The notes: a model not told the origin generated them from the letters alone. DNA of 64,000 nt from Catajapyx aquilonaris (GCA_000934665.2 JYFJ02000131.1:62001-126000), one strand, 5' to 3'. Shown: positions 9,995 to 23,741, numbered from the stretch's first letter. Numbers and translations are program-made.

Positions 9995-12900
9995 CTGTAA
10001 GAACCCCCGATCATTCAAACACACGTTGCACCGAAGAACCGGAGACCCCGGATGCACGCGATGCACGATTTCACCAAGATCACGTTAGGAATCAGGTTAG
10101 ATGAGGGGTTGCATTTTTCAGGCTGGCAAGATAAGTTTTTCTTAACAAAAATTGGTGATATCGTATACGAATAGGCCGTTTTTTTTGGAGGTGTGTAATT
10201 ATTATCTAATGCACGTGGGTGATTTAGTGATAAAATGGATCGATATTGTACACAACGTTTACCTGCTGGATACAAGCTGGACAAACTGTGTTATGTAAGC
10301 AGCATAGTTCGTTGATTTTTGAGAGAGTTTTTTTGTATGATATTTCTGGCATATGTATAATTCACAACATTGCGGAAAGTGCGGAATCAAGCTGTTCAGT
10401 CAAAATATGTCGCAACTGAACATGCAATAAAAAACCTAGTTGTGATATTATTTGACAACTTTATTTTCAACACCATGGGTAATATCTGGCTGGCACATGC
10501 TGCGTTTGAAAGGAAATGCTGTCAAAAGCTTCAAAAGAATTCTTAAGTGGTCTTTCGACAGCTTTCATTTTCAACAATTTAAAACTCTTGTATGTGTAAG
10601 GCAGGCATTACCCCCTAGTGCGTCACATAAAAATTCCTTTTTAAAAAGCCTCTAAATATTAAAATATTTTTGCATCCCAAGTTCAGTGAACATTTACCAG
10701 CTGTCAGCTCAGGTACCTTTCACTTAATGGGAGTGGGCGCTCAATATCGCATACAATATCAAATTTTCTCCACTAGAAAAACTTGTAGACCAGCCTCCCC
10801 AACTAGGCCAATCCACTGACCCCAGGTCAAGGCTTGGGCAAGTGGGTCGGTCAATACGCAAGGGGATGGTAAGGTCAAACGCCACTAGCAAAAAAGGGGA
10901 GGTATCCTTTATAATATTTCGTCACACTTGTCCCCGGAAAAATAATGGGGGGGAAAAAATCGTGTGGAGTATTAGGGAGGTGTTGACTAGGCCGCGATTA
11001 CGTGAGGTCAAGTGTGAAAATCATACATCACGAAGAGGGCAGTGGTCTCCTCTCACATGCGAAGGTCCGTGTGCTCCGTTATGCTAATGTTCGAAGCGTG
11101 ACACTCTCACGTCACACTCCTCCACATTATACGAACATATACGTGCAAAAATTTTGTGATTCGCACATATTTCATCCGGTGTGGCCGGCAGCACATGACT
11201 TTCAATCGCCCTCGTGAACTTTAAACGACACGTTATTTCCGTCGCAAATTGTGTACACACGTATCAACTCGCCAGATAAATACACGCGCACATATCCCAA
11301 CCGCACCTTATCCATAATGTACAAAATCGAAACTTGCAATTGCACATATGACCTTGCATCCGGAAAAAAAACCACTGCCCGATAATTATTTTTTTCCTGA
11401 GTTGGTCACACTATCACGCACCTATGGGCCAAGGCACCCCCCTCCACTCTTAAGAGTGATGGTGGGGGGTGCTTGATTTTGAATATATGTTTGGGGGAAA
11501 AGTGGGTTTGGGGGGTTCGCAGGCCCAAGTCCCAGCAGGCACTGCACACGTTTTGTCCTGGCAGCAGTCGAGACCCCCACTGAACTGGCTTCCATTGCGC
11601 CTGCCCTGAACTCTCTGCCTTCCCCCGACACAACTACTCTCATGCCCTGCCCCTTTTCCAGCTGCATGTGTCTGCCAATGAACTTGCTTTACAATCGTTT
11701 CTTACGACCTGCACGATTTTTTTAACAAAAAGTTGTTGCGGTTTTATGAGCCACAGCAAAAAAAAAATATGCATTTTTGAAGGAATGTGCCTGTTCGAAA
11801 TGTGAGTGTTTTCGTCAAATCCTGCACAGATTATGCAACACAGCATTATGTCACAAATTCCTATGTTGTTGAAGGTGTCCATCACCTAAAAATTAATAGA
11901 AATACTCGTAAAACGGTGTGAGATTGTGCCAGCGCATGTTTTGGGGACAACAGTCCGCCCTACCGCAAATTTTTCTCTTCATTGCCAACCTGTAGTGAAA
12001 CATGCCTAAATTCGCTACTTTACGCCTGCTACCACTGTCCAAAAAATACGATGGCACAATCTCACCCAGTTTGACGGGTATCAGATATTGTGAATTTACC
12101 AAGCACTGGATGTGACATCACAAATAGTAGTTGCATGTGTGAGAGACCTTGGCATCCTATAGTTGATGTGCCACATGCCAAGCTGCAATTTATAAATCCA
12201 AATGACATCTTTATTGAACGTAAAAAAAAAATACATTTGCGCGTTACATAATGTTATATAGGACATATTTATCTGGCTCAGGAAGCGATATTGGCAGGTC
12301 ATTTATGCAGCAGCATTTTCGTTCGACTTCGTTTCCGCCCATCATTTACCGTCCACTTTTCAGGTTCTGTCGCAGTCTGCGATGCAGACCCAGGGCCATT
12401 ATCACCAACTTTGGTAAATCGTTACAACTTGCGTCACACGCCAATAGTGAGATAGCCACGTCCGGACGACCTTTTTTTTATATCCGTCGCTAAATATTGT
12501 CAGCAACTTTTTTTTTTTGCTGCTCCACTGTTGGAAGAGAATCAAGCAAGTTTTTTTTTTCCTGTTTCTCTCTACCCCTTACTTATTTCCGCCAGACCTC
12601 GCAGCAAAACTGATACGAAATTGAGGACGAGAATAGACGTGTAAGTCATAAAAGCGGACACAATCCTAATGTGCGAAAGTAAGATTGTTAGCGAACTTTG
12701 TTTCGTACAGTACGACGAAGTTTGAAGAAACTCGACCATTAATATCGCAAAAAATGAGAAACTAAACCTGTAGGTTGCACATTGAGCAACTAATGACATT
12801 TCCGCAATAAATAAATAAATTTTATATGTAAATGTGTGTCACTTGCAGTAAACGTAGCGTTTCTACTAAACGTAAATACAGCCTCTCTCTCGAAAGCTAA

Positions 12901-13562
12901 TTTCGAGTCAGCAGATTCCACCTCACGTACCAAGCATTGCTTTCACTCTACGCTGCACAAAGGTCAGGAGCGGCTTTAAAAAATCCGTCCCATACATTTG
13001 ACGCCAGCAACAACTTGTTTGTACCTCGATAGTGCATGGGACACACACATAAAAAATACGTCCACTAAAATCCACCTTCTGCTAGTTGTAAAAGTTCCCC
13101 AGAGACTATTAACTGTAGGCGGAACGATAAATTGCTCAGGTTTTTTATTATTTTTACGGCGAACATGTACGGCCAAATTTCATCGTCTGTCTTTATTTGT
13201 CTCAGGTGTCAACTTGTATCATCCGGACTTGTTTATTGCCATGGGAATACGGGCTACTTCTAAAATATTGTTTGGTGTTTGGCTGATTCATAAGGATTAC
13301 CTTTCTCTAGATTACTCCCACGTGCAGACTTAGAGACGTCATAATAGCCTATACGGAGCCTTTTATGATCCCCTGTGCAGGCTTGTGCCCGCGTAAATAA
13401 AGCCTTCCAAGTGGCCCGCTTTCAACGCATGACCGCCTTTCCTCTGTTACCACGAATAATGAACTGAGAACTTTTGAAGATATTTTTTGGGGGATTGAAA
13501 CCACATTCCTGTGGCATTAAAAAAAAGCTAATTTCATTATGATGTGGATCTGACTTGTGTAA

Positions 13563-13866
13563 AAAATCGCTCGCTTTTGGAACCACATCGCTTGTGACGT
13601 CAATAGTCTATATGCATTCATCGCTTATTCGAACGAAAATTGCTCGCTCTTGGAACCACATCGCTTGTGACGTCAACAGTCGATATACATACATCGCTTA
13701 TTCGAACGAAAATCGCTCGCTCTTGGAACCACATCGCTTGTGACGTCAATAGTCTATATGGATTCATCGCTTATTCGAACAAAAATCGCTCGCTCTTGGA
13801 ACCACATCGCTTGTGACGTCAATAGTCGATATGCATTCATCGCTTATTTGAACAAAAATCGCTCTC
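13563..13866. repeat. 73-bp minisatellite, 4 near-identical copies plus a partial fifth; each unit contains a perfect CRE (TGACGTCA)
   Basis: Unit aaaatcgctcgctcttggaaccacatcgcttgtgacgtcaatagtctatatgcattcatcgcttattcgaacg. TGACGTCA starts at 13595, 13668, 13741 and 13814, an exact 73-bp period. Confidence 0.97.
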
Positions 13867-15991
13867 TTTTACAATGTTTGTAAAAGAGCGCTTACACTTT
13901 AAGATGAACTGTAGAAAATGCAGAATCTTCGCAAAAAAAAGAGCTTAATCTGCGAGAGGAAAATGCTGCTGTGTTTGATAACGAGATTGTGGAATAACTG
14001 TTGGCAAAGTCAATGGTTTTAATTTGAGGCAAGTTTTATTTGACTTGGCCGAGTTTGCTGGTGCGAAACGAAGCGGAAGTAAAGTTTCGCTGTCAAGAGA
14101 AGATTCTTGGGTCGTTCTCTTTTTTTTTCTTGTGATTGTTCCTCCAAACAAAATTACTTCTCTGAGCCAGACAAATTTTGTACAGCAGTGTAGCATTACA
14201 CCCTCCATTGACCACCCTAAATCTCATTTTGCGAATTAAGGTCCCAGATTTGTAATATTTTGCCAACATGCGGTACAGAAAAATCATGTTAAAACATTGC
14301 GAATTTATGCGGTAATAAATTGGCGGCTCTTCCAAAAGTGGCACATTCTGCATGGAAACCAGTGTTCTCCAACTTTGCCCATTTCAGACAACGTTTCTGC
14401 ATTATTAATGAGTCCTGTCTGGTGTCGCCCCCCAAAACTGGTGAAACTCTGCTGGTGACAACGAGGCAGTTTCCAGACGACCAGGTCCGGCAACTTCCAC
14501 TTCTGGAGACTGACGCTTCGATTGTATCCGACACCTGTAGGTGTTAGGGCCTCATTTGTTTTGCGCCAATTATTTTCTCTCCAGCAGCTGCCAAAAGTCA
14601 GATAGGAATCGAGAGTTTCGCCAAACCCAGCACAATAATTGACCCAGTTTTTTCCCCCCATAGATAACGCGTAGAGAAAAAAGCGCGTGTGTACGCATCC
14701 TTGAACTGACGCCCACGACCGTTGGACTCTAATCAAATATGTGGCTCTTCCATAAATAGACGCATCGTCCGAAAATAAAAATATGTATATTGCTGCTGTA
14801 CATGCAGGGTCGCCATTTTTTTCACTCCGCGAAAAAAAATTGTCGTCTTTCATCCTTGAAAATTCGGTCATTCTATTAGATGTCGTCTATAAAATTAACC
14901 GATTAATTGAAACTTGCGCACCTCATTGCTCTCTCCGGGATGAATTTATGAGTCGTTTGCTACTCCTTAGTGCTGATGAGAAATTGAGCGCGAATGAGGA
15001 GGAATTTATTCGCACCACGAACATGTGAAAGGTCTGCCAAAGTCTAAAATATCTCTCCTTCATCCACTTAGTAAGCTTAGTAGGATCCATGCCAATATAA
15101 GTGCGAAGAAGTAATCGAGCTCACACCTGTTGCTCATAAAATTTGCGAAAATAGCACAGAAATGTTTTTGAGGCCAAAACAACGTGCATATTGAGCTGAA
15201 ATGGCATAAAAAACAGGTGTAAGTAAGAGTTCATTAGCAACCAGCATTTTTTCGTATGCATCTAAGGGTGTTGAAGGGTTGCAAGAAGAAGAAAAAATGT
15301 AGATTTATTTCTAGAATGGAGACGTTGCCCGAAGGTCGATCGCCTATTCTGACTGTGTTGTGACACAGGAACTGGTGGGTGTGCACTGCGGAATGAGTCT
15401 TGATTTCTTTTTTTAGGGTTTTGCAAGGTACCCAAGTTTCTATCCGAACCTATTTGCAGCCTACAGAAAAGACATCTTGGCATCGGGAGTCCAATGCACG
15501 TGCATATACTTTTTTTCGAAAAAGGTGTAGGTGCTGTGTGATTTCTGATTCTAATCTTGGGATGAGGCAAGTGACAAATAATTCCTGGGTCTACCGGATG
15601 TTTATTCAGTTTTCACCTTAGTGTGCATTTTTATAATATAGGAGAAGGTAAAAATAATATGATGTTACGTTGTACCATCTAAACAAATTGGGAGAGATTT
15701 TTGACGCACTGCTAGCAGCAGAAATGTCCTCAAAATGTCACTGCGAATGTACGTTATGTAATGCAACATCAGCATTTTTACCACTTCACAAATCCGGTAA
15801 TTCCATGATGGCACATCATCAAAAAAACATTTCATATTCGCAAAAAAAGGATCGAACTGCTGCAAAATGGCGGCACTCACATCCAGCACATAAAGAGATA
15901 GAAGGAAAAGCCGTAATGAAATTGCGGCAAAGTTGCGACGAGATTGGCCATCCGAATTTTCTCTCTATATTCTACCAGTTTAATAGCTCAC

Positions 15992-16134
15992 CCTTTTCGA
16001 ACCAATGCATTCGGCCTGTACATCCGTAGAGGCCAAGGTCGTTTTAGCTTCTCCGGATTTTTTTTTCTTCTTCTTCGTCTCCTCCTCTTAGGTAATAAAC
16101 CAAGGAGGAAACTCGTAAAAGGCTCCCTAAACAT
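15992..16134 (-). CDS. Candidate alternative PDE4 first exon (MFREPFTSFLLGLLPKRRRRRRRKKNPEKLKRPWPLRMYRPNALVRK + GG|, or the short form MYRPNALVRK from 16023)
   Basis: Strong donor AGG|GTGAGC, in phase 2 for both in-frame ATGs. A DR4 element lies about 130 bp upstream of the first ATG. No recognised homology. Confidence 0.3.
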
Positions 16135-16260
16135 CTCCTCCCAAAGTTCCCATCTGGACGCAAACAACCATGGAATGGATACCACCCATGAGAGAATGAG
16201 TGCGGTACTAAATTAGATACGCTTGCAATTGGAGAGAGAGGCCACTTTTAGGGATGCCCC

Positions 16261-16276
16261 AGGTCAACCTAGGTCA
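16261..16276 (+). promoter_or_regulatory. Perfect DR4 nuclear-receptor element (TR/RXR- or LXR/RXR-type)
   Basis: AGGTCA-acct-AGGTCA. Confidence 0.55.
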
Positions 16277-19200
16277 CTGTCAATGGCAGCCATTTGAGGA
16301 AAAGGGAATTTGACTAACTGGCAAAGTCGCAGTGAGAAAAGCCGTTCAGAATCAATTTGGTCACCCCAGGAGATGAAGTATTGGGTTAACTTTCCAGACC
16401 GGAAAATTCAGATGGAGTTCAACCCCTGGGGATACAAGTTACAGTATTATTGGATTAGACTTCGGGAGAGTCTAACTTTGTCTTCTCTTGTACAGAACTC
16501 CACCCTGTTACGTACGCAGAATTAGATGTTTTAGCAAAACACGATCCAGCATGTTCTTTACGATTGAAAAAATAGTACAGTACGTGGGTGAAGTGCACTC
16601 CTGCAGAATAAATAGGTCTAAAGCACCTGAACCGCTCGATGTCCTCGGCAGGTGGGATTCATTACACTCGACATATTACACAACATGATGGGAAAAAATG
16701 TGCAGTGTGTGTCAAAATTCCCGTCCTCTCAAGGTAGGAATGTGTGAAGTGACTAATGGCAAGTTAACCAAGCCTTTGCAACCTTTGAAACTCCTCTGCG
16801 CCATATAATTCCACAAACTCAAAAGTAGTCTCAAAGTCAAGATAATAAGAACAGATGCAAAAAGAAGCCGCTTCGTCCTTGCACTTTGAAAAAGTCCACG
16901 CTAAAAATAGAAAACGCAAAATAAGCAGCCTTTGAACTTTTTTTTGTTGTTAAGAAAAGGAAGTGTGTCCGTCCGCAAAACTCTGGGAGAAATGAAGTCG
17001 CGGGCGTGAAGGTGCGTTATTATGAAAACCCAGAATTGAAAAAAGAAAAATGGGGTTTCTGGGGGGGGGGGGGGGGGGGNGAGTGGAAAATGGGGGGAGA
17101 CCAAATGAGTCTGAGGAAGGAACTAGAGGAACTCCGGCAAGAGATCTGGGGACATGGAAAATGACTCCGGAGGGAAACTGCCGCTTCTTCATTACTGGCG
17201 TTTCCCTCGCTAGTTTCCTCTTCTCGTATAAAATATTATCACGGGAGGGGAAGGAAAGTTTTCAGCAAGGGAGAAGACACAATGGGCTCCTTTACTCAGC
17301 TGATGTCTGGGACCCCTCGAAAAAACTTTTTCCCCAAAAATATGAACGAGTCTTGCTCTAACAGTCTAAGTGATTATTCTTGTACACATGTGTGGTCAAA
17401 CTTACAAAAAGACTCGAAGGTTAATATAATGGTCAGAGTATGAAGCATGCATTAACAATCAGGTTGAACCTATATAACGGATGCTTTGAATCTGTCAGGT
17501 TTAATTACTTTTTCATGCATCGATTATCTGATAGTAAAAATTCATTGCATCAGATGCTGCAGTTAATGTCAAGATAACTGAAGAATATTCTCGAAAACGG
17601 TGATTATTTTCCCCCATTTTCATGCTATACTCTTGAGTTTCGTTTATGCAGAAGAAATGGAGAATAAAATTATTACTGTAGCAAAAATGATCCAATACGC
17701 AGATGTGGAATTGTGAGTCGCACTGTAATCCAATATTCGTAAGAGTTGTAACGAGTATCGAATGACATTGCGATAGAAAATGCCAGCAATACTGTTCTTA
17801 CATAAGCAGAGATTTTTTTTTGTTACATTTCTTCTACTACATTGCAACTGTACACTTTAGTTTACTTTGCGTCTTCATTTCACATCCACATATTCATATA
17901 TTTTTTCAAAACCACTGCCGCACTTTCCAGGTGCAATTATTAGACACAACCTTCCATAAAAATGAAAAAAAAAACTTTCCGTAAACATCTACATCAATTA
18001 TTAGTCCTGTATGATGGATGCACCAACACATCTCCATCCCAAGCTTCCAATCTGCATCCTTTTTGCCTGGTAAAAAGTCCCCTCGCCTCTTCTCTCTTTA
18101 CGTTTCCGCGCCGTATCATATCGATTTCACCAAGCCCTGCACAAACTGGATGGTAAGAGAAGCACTTCTGAGTCAAGAAGAAGGCAAAGGAAAGCCATAT
18201 CCCGTCGTGCTTCGTCTTAATGAGAAAAAGGAAATGACGCCTCGAGACTCGGGCAAACATTTAGTACATTTAAACGGGCCCTAGTCAAATCAAACTGCGG
18301 CGGCCGTTACAGATGAACAAAATGGCCGCCATCCCTATCCGCCAGTTGAAATACTAATGAGAAAGGAGACGGTCCTTGGTGATAATAACGGCTCTCAGTA
18401 ACCAGGTCAGGTTCGAAGAGACTGCAGCTAATAATATAGCGTCAGACCGAGTTTGTTCCTGATCATAAAATTTGAAACTGAGAAACTTTGCAGGTGATTT
18501 TTTTTTTTGGAGGGGAAAAAGATCTCGAGAAAATAAAACCACCAGGAGAGACTCTTGATTCCAACTTCGCTCGTTTAGCAAATTGCCACTATCTTTTCGC
18601 AAGACTCTGCGGTATCTTTATTGCGCAATTTTTTTTCTCCAAGTAAAGAGCTGCAGTTGTACAGTATTTTTTTCTTCTTTATAGAGTCAGCATGTACTGC
18701 TGCCTCGATTCTGGTCCAGTGCCTGAATTTCAATAGCTAGTAAGGGAGCTTAAACCCGAGGGTTTATTGCTCGTTAAAAATACATGTGTGGGTCTATATT
18801 TAAGATGAAGTGCTGATTCGGAGACTTCAGATATGAGAGCACTTAGGCGTGAAATTATGGGTAATTTCAAGGGTACCGCAGGTATTTGTCCTGGCGCTTT
18901 TCCTAGTTCATGCTTCTGGCAAAATGACAGCCGCTTGATTAACGCGTTGCTTTCCATACACCTGCTTGACGTGAAGCAGGCAAAAAAAGGAGCATGACTT
19001 TGACTCGTTCTGATGCGTTCGAATATAGCACTGAATTCCCAATTGAATGCGTCACACGTGTACGTATAGTAGCGGAGGAAATTTTTAAAAATAATAATCG
19101 AAACATCAAATTATGCGAAGTTGATCAAGAATGTGCTTATTGCATTCAATTCCAATATTTTGCAATGTCTAATCAGAATGGTTCCTAATTTATTTTTACA

Positions 19201-20871
19201 ATATAACATCGGAATGTTAATTGAAGCCAGAATATATAGTTTGGACTTAAGTTATATGATGACATGATTAAAATCATCTGCTGAATCACCTCAAGGCCGG
19301 CACATTTCTTCAATCTGACTTTTTTTTATTCAATTCCAATTCTTTTCATGTAACATTACGCTCCATCCAATTACTGCCTTTTCACGTGAACGCCATTTCG
19401 AGCACGTGTGAAAATGCGATTTCTCCACACCGGTTACCAATATAGGCGGAGGAGGAGCCTTTGACGCACTTCTGAACAGACACACTGTAAGACGACATTT
19501 CACTTTCTGAAGGAAGCAGCTTGTCCTATCTAGTCAAATATAAATGGACGGCCGTCTGTCGCCTCCGGTGTATATATAAGGCATACGGTTGACACAACTC
19601 TGGTGACAGTAGTTGGAGATACGGAGAGAGAAAACTTTTGGACTCCCAACTGTGTCTGACCGGAAGATGCGGGCCAAATCCATCATCCTCAAGATGGCAG
19701 CCGCCCAATTCACATCTGATTCACTCAGGACCAGCAGTCATGCCAGACACTTTTTGTGCCTGACACGTCTCTCTTTTTTTGCGCACCGTTACCTTCAACA
19801 CACGTCCTGCACGTTTCGCAAATGTCGACATCAATCTGCGCCTGTTAAATGCGCGCTGTTTTGCCACAATGACCGTCTGGTTTCAAAAGGTGTGTTCTAA
19901 TCTGAACTTCCAATCGACAGGTCTGCAGCCAGGTCAGACATTTCTACATATGAATTGATTACTCTCCACACGTGTATGGCCAAAAGCATAGATTCAAATC
20001 TTGGGATATTGTCGCAACAGACTCCAGAATTTGCGATGCGGTTGCTCTCTCTTAGCGCCCCTGGAAATTTTATTCGAGTCGCCTCGAGGGTGAGGAATTT
20101 TATTCAATTAGCTTCAAAAATGGAAATAAAATTGCGGTTTGAATTGGAAATGGGACGCCTTCAATAATCGAGCACTATTTCATTTAACATTTCACTTAAA
20201 TGCACTCCAAGAACTTTAGTGTAGACAGAGTTTCTCATTTTCAATTATTGCGCCCCCTTTTAATCATCATGCACAACTGACCAGTACGTTAATAAATCAC
20301 ACATTTCATGACCTAATAAAGTATCTTTCCTGTACCACACCGTAAAATGTACTTCTCACGCTCACTTGTTGAAGCTTTTAGCTGATTGCTCCTGTAAATT
20401 ATATTGCACCCTCTCTAATGTGATTGATTTCCATATCACCCTTCCTTAAACCCATCGTTAATCAGAGGTATGAGCAATGTGTTTGAATTACATTCTCCTA
20501 ATGCGAATAACTGTGCAGAAAATAATGCATCCAAAATGCATCAAGATAAGCCCAGGAGGAGCTGCTAGATTGACATCAGTGACCAGAAAGGTTAAGCTTC
20601 CGATATCGGTTTTTGTCGGTAACAGAATTTCGCTATCTGCTGCCATCGGCATGTTTCAGACCACAGACCAAAGCCTTTACTCAATACAATCAGGAAAAAA
20701 AGTATCCTTTTTTTTGGGGACGGATCATACAACGAGGTCAGGCCCAAACCTTGCTCCAAAGATGAGCTCTCGATTGGTCTGGATGAAATTCACGTCCCGC
20801 AGAGCTCTTTCCATCCCAACGATCATTGTGTATTTACGCCGGAGCGAAATAGCTAGCCAAAGGCCGAAGCT

Positions 20872-20916
20872 GGGGTGAGGGGGGGGGGGAGGAGGAGGGG
20901 GAGGGGGGAGGGGGGG
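20872..20916 (+). repeat. G-rich purine tract (G-quadruplex/triplex-capable)
   Basis: Consecutive G-runs interrupted almost only by single A residues. Confidence 0.85.
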
Positions 20917-22976
20917 TGTAAAATTAATTTTGCCACCGATCCAGCTCATTGTTCGCCCTTGGCTGATTAGATAAAGCGCCGAAAGGAAGGAGAGCTATTC
21001 CAAGCCTCGCTTCCCATTGTTGCATTTATTGTTCGTCGACTCTTTGTCCCGTTGGATGTTGCCTCGGTATTTTTTTATTATTATTTCTTTCGCTGCTTTG
21101 ATGATGAAAAAAAGGAGATGATATTTCTGAAGTACCACCTTCTTGAACTTAGTTACTTGGGTAAGATTTGCAGAAAATCATTTTTGAGGTACACATGTTA
21201 TGGGACGGAACCAACTGACTATGATGTGATCCAGTCAGTTTCCTCTGTAGTATTTGCTTGAAATGTTTGCCGAGCATAAAGGAAGCCCGTCAAGAGAGGA
21301 ATTCCCTATAGTGTCCAATCCTAAAGTTGCGTGTTTTCCTAGACATTTGTCCATTAAGTGCCGAGCCTTCAAAAATGTCAAAAGAATGTGATTTTTTTTT
21401 GCATATTATGTGACCTTTTTCTCAGCAAGTGCTCCACATTTTACTGTAACCAGCAGAACCGGATCTACACATGTCATAAATAAATCAGAACACCACATTA
21501 ACGCCATTTGTCACGCTAAGTTGATTCGAGAAGACCATCGAAAAGACAAAAACCTTTGCTGACAATGATCCATCATCAATGATGCAAGCATCCTTTCTCT
21601 GAATGACGCCCCACAATTACAAATGCAGCCTCGACGCTGTAGTTGCTCAATGGTGCGTGCAACATGTCACGTGCTCTGTCAACTTAAATATTTCAGGCCC
21701 CAATAATTCTTTCACCGTCTACTAGGACAACAGGAACTTCGGGTCACGTATCGTATTTACCAAACCCCGACCAGCACTCAGTCACCTGATAAAAATTCCA
21801 TTATATTTCCTGGCAAAGCGTTTTCCCGGATCTTGGGGAAACACTTCGGCGGAATAATAAAAAAAATCGGAAGTCTCCTCATTGGAAAAATCCCCCATAT
21901 TCGCCTTCTGAGAAAGGAAAAGAGTGGCTATACCCGATCGATGTTACCTTCTCCTGTAGCAATACTGTAGGAAGTTATTTCCTGTCTCAAACGCACTGGG
22001 ATTTCCCTCTTCTACAGAAGCTCTTAGTAACAGGTCTGCCCCGCCGGATTATGTTACGGGTTGGCCAAGGAATTTGCAATGAACTTAACTGCACGCAATC
22101 CTGAAGGTGCTCCCTTCCAAGAACGACTTAAGGTGATTAAATTCAAGCAGCGTGCTAACTAACAACGATGTGACTACCACCAATCCAATTTGATGCACTC
22201 TATATACAGCATGATCGACACAAACAGCTCCATGTTGTATTCTTTACGAATATCACCATCATGAAGTGACCTTTTTTCAATCTACATGTATTTGTATGTC
22301 AGGAATTGAATCATTACTAAATCTGCAACAATATCTGATCCAGAATTTTAAGAGAAGAAAATCCGGCCATGCTAGTAGACCTTTCTGTGCAGAATGTAAT
22401 ATTCAGCGTTATTTCAGCCTGTCCCTGTTGACCCCCCATGGTGGTATGCCAGACAGTCGTCTGGCTCGTGGCTTGCCTCAAAGGCTGCTCCACGGACAAA
22501 GGAGTAGCCCATAAAGTACAGGTATTGCAAACATTGGTCTGGGATAATTCCGATCCCAAACATACGCTGTTTATTGCACCATGACGAAAAGAGGCCACAT
22601 GTTACGGGCTAAGCGTTCATCATTCATTTATTTATTATTATCGTACTCTCGCGATATATTATCGATTTATACAAGCAACTGCATATAGACATGCCCCTCT
22701 TCCAGGAAAAATCGACGCAAATTGAAGAATATTGTTCAGAGTACTTGAGGTTGGAGGTTAGAAGCCTTAATAGAAATTGGGGCCCATCCGAGCAGAAATT
22801 CTGGAGTGATATTACTCTATAAACAGAACGAAATCTTTCCTACCATGACTATAAATCTCTCGTTTCATTTAGCGTAAAAAATTAAACTTTGACCTTCTCA
22901 AAAAAGTATCTTATTGCACATCTTGCCCTAATAATGCTCCCTTCTGCTTAATATATGTAGGCCTACATACGCTTAC

Positions 22977-23080
22977 GGTATATTGCAATGCTCGCGTGCG
23001 CAGTGTAAGGTTTCTATCAAGAAGTTTTTTCTCTTATTTAAACTGGTCTCTGCTGTAAACAGTTGGTAACTTCTTCCCAT
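22977..23080 (-). CDS. Candidate alternative PDE4 coding start (MGRSYQLFTAETSLNKRKNFLIETLHCAREHCNI + CC|), possibly within an exon beginning at 23453
   Basis: Donor CC|GTAAGC in phase 2. Strong acceptor ttatttttgttttcag| with first exonic base 23453. No recognised homology. Confidence 0.25.
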
Positions 23081-23727
23081 GTGCCCCTGAGGAACTGAAT
23101 ACTTAGGCTTTGCAGCGGACCGTCTAAGCTTCAAACCAACTACAGAGACACAGCTCAAAACTTCCCTTAGTATTGACCATTCCTAAAGCGACGGAAGACT
23201 AAACCACTAAGCTACAAGAACGTTCCTTCGAACCGTAAACTCCTTCAAAATCAACCAAGTCCAGTGTCCCCTCCCCCACGTTATTTTCCTTCTTTCTCGT
23301 GCCGCCCAACATCCCTTTTCTCCTTCTGCAACCCGATCCTCAAAGGAAATTAGGTTTTCTTTGCTATTCTCTGAACAACGGACGTTCCCTTTTCTCCACG
23401 AAAGTCCCGAGTCTCTGACCGTATCAGTCCCATGTCCTCCAGGGGACTAGAGACTGAAAACAAAAATAATGGTGCAGCTGTCAAATGGAAACGAGGCCTA
23501 GAGGGGGCAGGAGTCAGCGCCATCTGGACACGGTGTGCACTGCGGAGGGAAGCGCGCTCCAGTGACTTCCTTTTGCCTCTCTCCTGGGAAAGGTCCCTGG
23601 GCACCGATTTATGTAAGGGTCCTGTGATTACTCTGTACTACTACTACCTTGCCAAGGGATCGATTTTTGGAGGTGGAGCTTAGGACACGTTTGTTGCAGC
23701 ATCACTTTTTGGGCTGGGGATAGTCGC

Positions 23728-23741
23728 GCACCACCTGGCGG
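23728..23741 (-). promoter_or_regulatory. CTCF-like motif
   Basis: Minus strand CCGCCAGGTGGTGC resembles the CTCF core CCASYAGRKGGCRS. Confidence 0.45.

Noticed and set aside
13563..13866. CRISPR-like appearance of the regular repeat
   Set aside because: The entire 73-bp unit is repeated with no unique spacers, there are no cas genes, and the context is eukaryotic.
14305..14871. Longest ORF (188 aa) and other ORFs over 140 aa (e.g. 27428, 59425, 36346, 61928)
   Set aside because: No recognisable domain, and the composition is typical of translated non-coding DNA.
17061..17080. Poly-G runs containing N (also 3743-3760) giving poly-Pro/Gly ORFs
   Set aside because: Homopolymers with uncertain base calls; not coding evidence.
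19875..19892. VWFQK, resembling homeodomain helix 3
   Set aside because: Lacks the invariant Asn and following basic residues; no acceptor site or upstream helices.
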